DNA of 32,000 bases from contig NC_002939.5 in the NCBI RefSeq assembly GCF_000007985.2, positions 1,620,001-1,652,000 on the forward strand, in the 5' to 3' direction. The stretch's first letter is position 1. Each line of letters opens with the position of its first letter. A program made the position numbers and the translations under genes. A model generated the notes under the pieces. The model worked only from the letters and a program-made list of their open reading frames with translations, had not been told where the DNA came from and did no database searches. Shown here in pieces: positions 26,400 to 32,000 of this stretch. Source of the DNA: Geobacter sulfurreducens PCA. GTDB taxonomy: Bacteria; Desulfobacterota; Desulfuromonadia; Geobacterales; Geobacteraceae.

Positions 26400-27311
26400 A
26401 TGGGTACGTTCATCAATGGTGAGACAGCAGGTGCGTCTGCTATTGCAATAGACAGCATCTCTAAGACCTATATCGGTAAAAAGAGAGTTCGAGTTGAAGC
26501 GCTGAAAGATGTTTCACTGACAGTGGGGCTCGGCGAGGTCTTTGGTTTCCTTGGGCCGAACGGCGCGGGGAAGAGCACCACTATTAAGTGCCTTGTGGGC
26601 CTCATGCGTCCAACAAAGGGAACTGCTACGATAATGGGAGAAAGCATCCCATCAATTGCTTCACGGCGCAACATCGGGTATTTGCCCGAAAATCCCTCGT
26701 TCTATGATTACCTCTCTGCGGAGGAGTATATACGCTTTGTTGGGTCGGCATTCCAGATGCCGGCCGACGAATTGACTCGGAAGAGCGAGGAAGTTCTTAA
26801 GCTGCTTGAGCTTTGGGATGCCCGCAAACGTCCAATCCGGAGCTATAGTAAAGGAATGGTCCAGCGCGTTGGTCTGGCCCAAGTGCTCGTTCACGATCCT
26901 GATGTGTATATCCTGGATGAGCCCATGAGCGGACTTGACCCTTTGGGGCGTTCGCTGGTGAAGGAGATTATCAGTGACCTGAAGAGGCGGGGGAAAACGG
27001 TATTTTTCAGCACTCATATTATTGATGATGTTGAAAAGATTTGCGACCGCGTCGGGATTATTTCCGGTGGGGTTTTGAAAAGCGTCGAGCATGTTGACAG
27101 AATATTGGAACAAGGAGTGACGGGCTACACAATAACAGCCCAGAATGACAAAGGAGAAACTCTAATCCTTTCTGTAGATCGTGACGGATTGGGTGACAAG
27201 CTGACATCCTTGGCCACGGTAGGTTGTACTGTGTCTCTCATAGAACCTGTCAGAAAAAATCTCGAGAGATTTTTTCTCGACATCATTAAAGAGTCTAACG
27301 GGCCGGAATGA
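26400..27311 (+). CDS. ABC transporter ATP-binding protein (ABC-2/DrrA-like subfamily)
   Basis: Walker A is GPNGAGKST, the signature is YSKGMVQRVGLA, Walker B is VYILDEP and the H-loop is FFSTHI. I prefer the ATG at 26400 (GAAGAGGGGA upstream) over the track TTG at 26358. As I recall this is the xapD-equivalent gene. Confidence 0.85.
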   Translation: MGTFINGETAGASAIAIDSISKTYIGKKRVRVEALKDVSLTVGLGEVFGFLGPNGAGKSTTIKCLVGLMRPTKGTATIMGESIPSIASRRNIGYLPENPSFYDYLSAEEYIRFVGSAFQMPADELTRKSEEVLKLLELWDARKRPIRSYSKGMVQRVGLAQVLVHDPDVYILDEPMSGLDPLGRSLVKEIISDLKRRGKTVFFSTHIIDDVEKICDRVGIISGGVLKSVEHVDRILEQGVTGYTITAQNDKGETLILSVDRDGLGDKLTSLATVGCTVSLIEPVRKNLERFFLDIIKESNGPE

Positions 27312-28162
27312 TTGTGAGCTTCCAAGCATTTCTAAGGATCTGTCGTCCTCTCCAATGGCTCAAGAACCTAATGCTCTTTTTCCCTCCCTTCCTTTCCGGG
27401 ACAATCTTTACCCCGGAAGTCGCAGTCAAGGGGATACCTGCTTTCAGTGCCTTTTGTCTCGCCTCCAGCGCCGGCTACATACTCAATGACATTATGGATA
27501 GTGAGCAGGACCGGCTCCATCCGACGAAGCGGTTCCGTCCCCTGCCTTCCGGTGTAGTGAGTCCTGCCGTGGCAACTGCCCTTGCCGGTTTTCTGGTGTT
27601 AGCAGGAATCGGGGTTGCGGCAATAACCCAGTCCCCGCGCTTTTTGTTGTTCCTGCTGCTCTATCTCCTGGTCACGGCAATTTATTCCCTTAAGGTCAAA
27701 GATATACCCCTTCTTGACGTGTTTTGTGTGGCAACAGGTTTCATCATCCGCCTTGAGGCCGGTGGCGAGGCTTTTGCAGTACCGATATCGAGCTGGCTCT
27801 TCCTCAGTGTGTTTCTCCTGGCGCTCTTCCTGAGCATCGGCAAACGCCTTACCGAGAAGCACAACCTGGGAGACGGGGCAGGACTCCATCGCAAGAGTCT
27901 GGCCGGCTACCCCGACGGTTTTTTGGAGGGAGCCATGTATTTGACGGGAGGGGCGGTACTTGTCACGTACAGCATGTACACCCTTTCCCGTAGTCATTTG
28001 TTTTATACCGTTCCTCTCTGCTGTTTCGGGCTCTTACGGTATATTTTGAGGGTGAAATCAGGTCAGAGCGGGGATCCGACCGAATCGCTCTTGAAAGACA
28101 TCCCGCTGCTGCTGGTAAGCTTGGCCTGGGCTGCCATCATCGGCTGGCGCCTCTATTTCTAG
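27308..28162 (+). CDS. UbiA-family prenyltransferase, decaprenyl-phosphate phosphoribosyltransferase (DPPR synthase)-like
   Basis: The N-terminus is RPLQWLKNLMLFFPPFLSG. The Asp-rich motif is NDIMDSEQDRLHPTKRFRPLPSG. It has about 8 TM segments. There is an ATGA overlap with the ATPase stop. Confidence 0.7.
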   Translation: MIVSFQAFLRICRPLQWLKNLMLFFPPFLSGTIFTPEVAVKGIPAFSAFCLASSAGYILNDIMDSEQDRLHPTKRFRPLPSGVVSPAVATALAGFLVLAGIGVAAITQSPRFLLFLLLYLLVTAIYSLKVKDIPLLDVFCVATGFIIRLEAGGEAFAVPISSWLFLSVFLLALFLSIGKRLTEKHNLGDGAGLHRKSLAGYPDGFLEGAMYLTGGAVLVTYSMYTLSRSHLFYTVPLCCFGLLRYILRVKSGQSGDPTESLLKDIPLLLVSLAWAAIIGWRLYF

Positions 28163-28169
28163 GAGTTCA

Positions 28170-29072
28170 ATGCGGACTGCGTTGCTACAAAACCTTTTCA
28201 GCCTTTTCCCCTTTGACCTGCACGGGGACTGCGATGTGCCGCCGGCGCGGGACGGTATCAGGGTGTCCTGCATCATCAATTTCTACGGGCGCCTGAACGT
28301 TCTTGCCGGTATTCTCTGGTCCCTTGCCCAGCAGGATTTCCCTCGGTCGGCCTTTGAGGTGATCTTGGTCGAAGATCGCGGAGGCAGCGATGAGGGGAGG
28401 GCGCTGGCCGAGGAATTTTCCTCACGCTTGCCCATTGTCTATGCTCCTCTCGACAAACAGTATGGCCTCATGGGGTACTCAAGAAACTTCGGGCTTGAGC
28501 GATCGCGGGGAGAATTCATTCTTTTTCTCGACGATGACACCATAATCCTGCAGGACGATTTTCTGAAAACAATGGTGGCCTATTTTGACGCGCAGCCCGG
28601 CGTTTCGGCCATAATGCCCCACGGCGAGGCCAGTTTCGCCTTTGTGGACGACCGCTATGATTTTCACGACCCGTTTTTCATGACGAGCCGTTGCACGGCC
28701 TATCGCCGCACAGTGCTTGCCTCTCTGGGCGGGTTCATGTCGTCATTCATCGGCCAGGAGGATGTTGAGTTCGTCATCCGTTTCCATGCGGCCGGCAATC
28801 GTTGCGCTGCCGTACCGCAACTGGCCTACCGGCATCCGCCGCTCTATGTCACGAACCTCGGCAAACCAATGGCGGTGGGGTCTTCTTTTTATGGGATCAG
28901 AAAACGCTATCCGTTGGTTACATGGTTATTGGCGGTGGTCAACTGTTCACGTCATCTGCCGCTGGTGCTGGCGCCATCACGCAAGTACCGGGAAATGGGT
29001 CGCTTTGGGCTCGGATTTCTGTGGGGTGTGCTGACGGCCCCCTTTCGCAGCGGTAGCCTTAACTATCGATAG
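28170..29072 (+). CDS. Family 2 glycosyltransferase
   Basis: It has a GT-A N-terminus (SCIINFYGRLNVLAGILWSLAQQDFP...EVILVEDRG) and a DXD motif (ILFLDDDTII). AGGAG lies upstream of the ATG. Confidence 0.75.
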   Translation: MRTALLQNLFSLFPFDLHGDCDVPPARDGIRVSCIINFYGRLNVLAGILWSLAQQDFPRSAFEVILVEDRGGSDEGRALAEEFSSRLPIVYAPLDKQYGLMGYSRNFGLERSRGEFILFLDDDTIILQDDFLKTMVAYFDAQPGVSAIMPHGEASFAFVDDRYDFHDPFFMTSRCTAYRRTVLASLGGFMSSFIGQEDVEFVIRFHAAGNRCAAVPQLAYRHPPLYVTNLGKPMAVGSSFYGIRKRYPLVTWLLAVVNCSRHLPLVLAPSRKYREMGRFGLGFLWGVLTAPFRSGSLNYR

Positions 29073-29075
29073 GTC

Positions 29076-29927
29076 ATGCAGATGAACCCAGGGACAGGGA
29101 GTCAGGCACAAGAAGAGATCATTATCGAGGCGGGGCGGACTGAAGTCCGCTACTGGAGCGATGTCTGGCGCTATCGTGAGCTGTTTTACTTCCTGGCTTG
29201 GCGCGACATTCTCGTCCGGTACAAGCAGACGGCCATCGGCATTGCATGGAGCGTACTGCGTCCTCTGGCGACCATGGTTGTCTTTACGCTTGTCTTTGGG
29301 ACATTTGCCGGTCTTCCCTCTCAGGGTGCACCCTACCCGGTCATGGTTTTCGCTGCCATGCTCCCCTGGCAATTCTTTGCCACAGCCCTCGCCGAATGCA
29401 GCAATTCGCTGGTAGTCAACAGCAACCTACTTTCAAAGGTCTACTTCCCCCGACTGATTGTTCCCTCAAGCGCAATCATTGTCTGCGTCGTGGATTTCGT
29501 CATCTCGCTTGTCCTGCTTTTCCTGCTCATGAGTTGGTATGGCGTGTGGCCTGACTGGCGTATGCTGACGCTGCCGCTGTTTTCCTTGCTGGCGCTGCTC
29601 TGTGCTCTAGGGAGCGGTTTGTGGCTGGCTGCCCTCAATGTCAAATACCGCGATTTCCGCTACGTGGTGCCCTTTATCGTGCAGTTCGGCCTTTATATCT
29701 CGCCGGTGGGGTTCAGCAGTTCAGTGGTGCCGGAGCGCTGGCGACTGATCTATTCGCTGAATCCCATGGTGGGCGTGATCGACGGGTTTCGCTGGGCGAT
29801 TCTTGGTGAAGGGCAGAAACTGAGCTGGGACGGGCTTGCATTGGCGGTCGCCGGCACTGCCGTACTTCTCGTGTTTGGCATTCGATACTTCAGACAAACC
29901 GAACGTGCCTTCGCCGATATTATCTGA
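29076..29927 (+). CDS. wzm: ABC-2 polysaccharide export permease (Wzm/KpsM/TagG type)
   Basis: 283 aa. The N-terminal signature is YRELFYFLAWRDILVRYKQTAIGIAWSVLRPL. It has six TM segments and lies immediately upstream of the cognate ATPase gene. Confidence 0.85.
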   Translation: MQMNPGTGSQAQEEIIIEAGRTEVRYWSDVWRYRELFYFLAWRDILVRYKQTAIGIAWSVLRPLATMVVFTLVFGTFAGLPSQGAPYPVMVFAAMLPWQFFATALAECSNSLVVNSNLLSKVYFPRLIVPSSAIIVCVVDFVISLVLLFLLMSWYGVWPDWRMLTLPLFSLLALLCALGSGLWLAALNVKYRDFRYVVPFIVQFGLYISPVGFSSSVVPERWRLIYSLNPMVGVIDGFRWAILGEGQKLSWDGLALAVAGTAVLLVFGIRYFRQTERAFADII

Positions 29928-29933
29928 GAAACT

Positions 29934-31202
29934 ATGAGCAACGTCATTTCGGTCGAGAACCTCGGTAAAAAATACCTCATCAGCCACCAGGGCAGGGAAC
30001 CCTACACGGCCCTACGCGACGTGCTTACCGATGGGGCGCGTGCGTTCTACCGCCGGTTGTTTTCGCCCGGAACGAGCCAAGCGGACGCACAGGCCGAGGA
30101 GTTTTGGGCGCTGAAGGATGTTTCGTTCGAGGTGAAGCAGGGTGATCGAATTGGTATCATCGGCCGCAACGGGGCTGGGAAGTCGACGCTGCTCAAGATA
30201 CTGAGCCGTATTACCGAGCCGACAGAGGGGCGCGTCAGGATCAGGGGACGGGTAGCGAGCCTTCTGGAAGTTGGGACCGGCTTTCACCCTGAACTAACCG
30301 GACGGGAAAATATTTTTCTGAACGGGGCCATACTCGGTATGAACCGGGCGGAGATCGCCCGCAAGTTTGATGAGATTGTTGCTTTTGCGGAGATTGAGAA
30401 GTTTCTCGATACGCCGGTGAAGAGATATTCTTCGGGGATGTACGTACGGCTGGCTTTCGCCGTGGCGGCGCATCTGGAACCAGAGATCCTAATTGTTGAT
30501 GAGGTGCTGGCGGTAGGGGATGCACAGTTTCAAAATAAATGTCTTGGCAAGATGGAGGATGTATCGACAAAAGAAGGTAGGACGGTGCTGTTTGTAAGTC
30601 ATAATATGGGGGCTATCGACCGATTGTGTACTCGGGCGGTTCTGCTCGAAAGGGGGCGGGTCCGTCTCGCCGACTTCACAAAGCCCGTGATTCAGATGTA
30701 CTTGGACAAGGCGAAGAACGCGATATCTGCCTGGAGCTGCTCAACATCAATTCCTGACTTTGATGGGATCTTTTTCGAATCAATTAGCATCGTCAACAAG
30801 GACAGAAAGATTGCAGAGGTTTTGCCCTCTAATGAACCATTCTCGATTACCCTTGTGGTCAATGCCACCGCTTCGCTAAAGGGAGTGCAGATCGCCATCA
30901 GAATAACCAACGAGCAAGGGATTCCAATTCTCACCACAACCAACTGTGATAAGGCAGGAAAGCTGCAGGAGATCAGCAGGGGGAGGTACCGGTACACAGT
31001 TTCTCTTCCGGCAAGTTTTCTGCCACCTGGGTATTACACGCTGATTGTTGCCTCCTTTGTCCCCGGTGAAAAGCTGTTCGACGGCGTTGAAGACAAGCTT
31101 GGGTTTTGCATCGATGATATGGGCTCGCTTGCGACTCTGATGAAGGATGGTCGGCTAGGAGTTGTGACCCCCCTGATGCCTTGGGACGAGGTTCGTTTAT
31201 GA
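29934..31202 (+). CDS. wzt: Polysaccharide ABC exporter ATPase (Wzt/TagH type) with a ~150-aa C-terminal beta-rich extension, a putative glycan-binding domain
   Basis: Walker A is GRNGAGKST, the signature is YSSGMYVRLAFA and Walker B is ILIVDEV. The extra C-terminal domain reads FFESISIVNKD...FSITLVVNATASLKGVQIAIRITNEQG...YRYTVSLPASFLPPGYYTLIVASF. Confidence 0.85.
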   Translation: MSNVISVENLGKKYLISHQGREPYTALRDVLTDGARAFYRRLFSPGTSQADAQAEEFWALKDVSFEVKQGDRIGIIGRNGAGKSTLLKILSRITEPTEGRVRIRGRVASLLEVGTGFHPELTGRENIFLNGAILGMNRAEIARKFDEIVAFAEIEKFLDTPVKRYSSGMYVRLAFAVAAHLEPEILIVDEVLAVGDAQFQNKCLGKMEDVSTKEGRTVLFVSHNMGAIDRLCTRAVLLERGRVRLADFTKPVIQMYLDKAKNAISAWSCSTSIPDFDGIFFESISIVNKDRKIAEVLPSNEPFSITLVVNATASLKGVQIAIRITNEQGIPILTTTNCDKAGKLQEISRGRYRYTVSLPASFLPPGYYTLIVASFVPGEKLFDGVEDKLGFCIDDMGSLATLMKDGRLGVVTPLMPWDEVRL

Positions 31203-32000
31203 CTGGCATCGTCACTGCAAATTGGTGGACCTCACTGATATACCGGGTGTTTGTCCGAACAGCCTGTTTACGTGCAGGGAGAGGATTGCTTCCGAATATT
31301 TGGGAGTGGCTGTGGCGCTTGAGTTGCAACATCATTGAAGGGCCAGTTGATATTACCATTCACAACCGCCCCGCCATCGTCAACTTTGGATACACCTATC
31401 CAATTTACATGCGCTGCTACCCCGAACTGAACGCTCCGTTGGTGGAGTTGACCTATCAATGCTGGCGATCACGAGGTACTGCGATTTGCATCGTCGATGT
31501 CGGGGCAGCCGTTGGGGACACCATGCTATTGCTACATTCCAACCTCCCCGAAGCTGTCGGTTCTTTCGTATGTATTGAAGGAGACCAGGAGTTTTACCGT
31601 TACCTCCAACACAATCTGGGGCACATGACGGAGGGAAGACTAATTAATGTCGTGGTGGCCGACCAGGAGACTGAGGTCTCGGATCTGGTCAGGATTCATA
31701 CCGGCACCGCGAGCGCCCAAGGGGAGAGGACCCGTGGCGCAAGTACCCTGTCTGCGGTAGTTACGGAAGAGATTGACCTGATTAAAATTGATGTCGATGG
31801 CTTCGATGGGCGGGTGTTGCTTGGCGCAGAAGACTTACTGAAACGCTGCCGTCCGTTGGTGATTTTTGAGTGGCATCCCAGCCTCTGTCGCCAAACTGGG
31901 AACAACTGGACCGATCATTTTGATGTCCTCGCGCGTTGTGGCTACTCCCGGTGCCTGTGGTTCACAAAATTTGGTCACTTCAGCCACTTCAGTTTCGGCC
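31199..32000 (+). CDS. FkbM-family methyltransferase (N-terminal ~267 codons; continues past the window end)
   Basis: Hand translation from the ATG at 31199 (ATGA overlap with the wzt stop) stays open to the window end: MTGIVTANWW...AICIVDVGAAVGDTMLLL...IDLIKIDVDGFDGRVLLGAEDLLKRCRPLVIFEWHP. The SAM-binding VDVGA.GD and IKIDV.G.. motifs are typical of FkbM. It is absent from the ORF track because there is no in-window stop. Confidence 0.7.
   Translation, partial: MTGIVTANWWTSLIYRVFVRTACLRAGRGLLPNIWEWLWRLSCNIIEGPVDITIHNRPAIVNFGYTYPIYMRCYPELNAPLVELTYQCWRSRGTAICIVDVGAAVGDTMLLLHSNLPEAVGSFVCIEGDQEFYRYLQHNLGHMTEGRLINVVVADQETEVSDLVRIHTGTASAQGERTRGASTLSAVVTEEIDLIKIDVDGFDGRVLLGAEDLLKRCRPLVIFEWHPSLCRQTGNNWTDHFDVLARCGYSRCLWFTKFGHFSHFSFG

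Overview
High-GC chromosomal segment, Desulfuromonadales type. The pilin sequence matches, from memory, the Geobacter sulfurreducens PilA locus.

Layout, left to right:
(1) Minus strand, 1-4187: a marR / TolC-like / emrA / emrB efflux operon with a near-consensus sigma70 promoter and an operator palindrome.
(2) Minus strand: an Slt70-like lytic transglycosylase.
(3) Plus strand: rnr, then a translationally coupled chain of tatC, ribF, an LPG_synthase_TM-family membrane protein, a DUF2723 (TMEM260-like) GT-C glycosyltransferase and aroE.
(4) The type IV pilus core block: pilB, pilT, pilC, pilS, pilR. It is followed by a -24/-12 (sigma54) promoter, the truncated pilin pilA-N and the separately encoded pilA-C, and it ends at a strong intrinsic terminator.
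(5) From 22996 to the window end: nine tightly packed plus-strand genes for a surface-glycan/export cluster. They encode a TMTC-like GT-C/TPR protein, an ABC-2 permease, a periplasmic TPR protein with a GspG-like C-terminal motif, an ABC ATPase, a DPPR-synthase-like UbiA prenyltransferase, a GT2, Wzm, Wzt with a C-terminal extension, and a partial FkbM methyltransferase. As I recall this corresponds to the xap (extracellular anchoring polysaccharide) region, whose mechanism is not resolved.

By eye, composition drops sharply to AT-richer DNA exactly at the pilR stop and stays low to about 27.3 kb.

No rRNA, tRNA, CRISPR array, IS element or phage gene was recognised.

The most interesting material is the split pilin (same frame, a single stop between the two genes) and the uncharacterised GT-C / ABC / pseudopilin-like module joined to it. 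The two different GT-C enzymes bracketing the pil block and the tandem MshEN c-di-GMP motifs in PilB also stand out.
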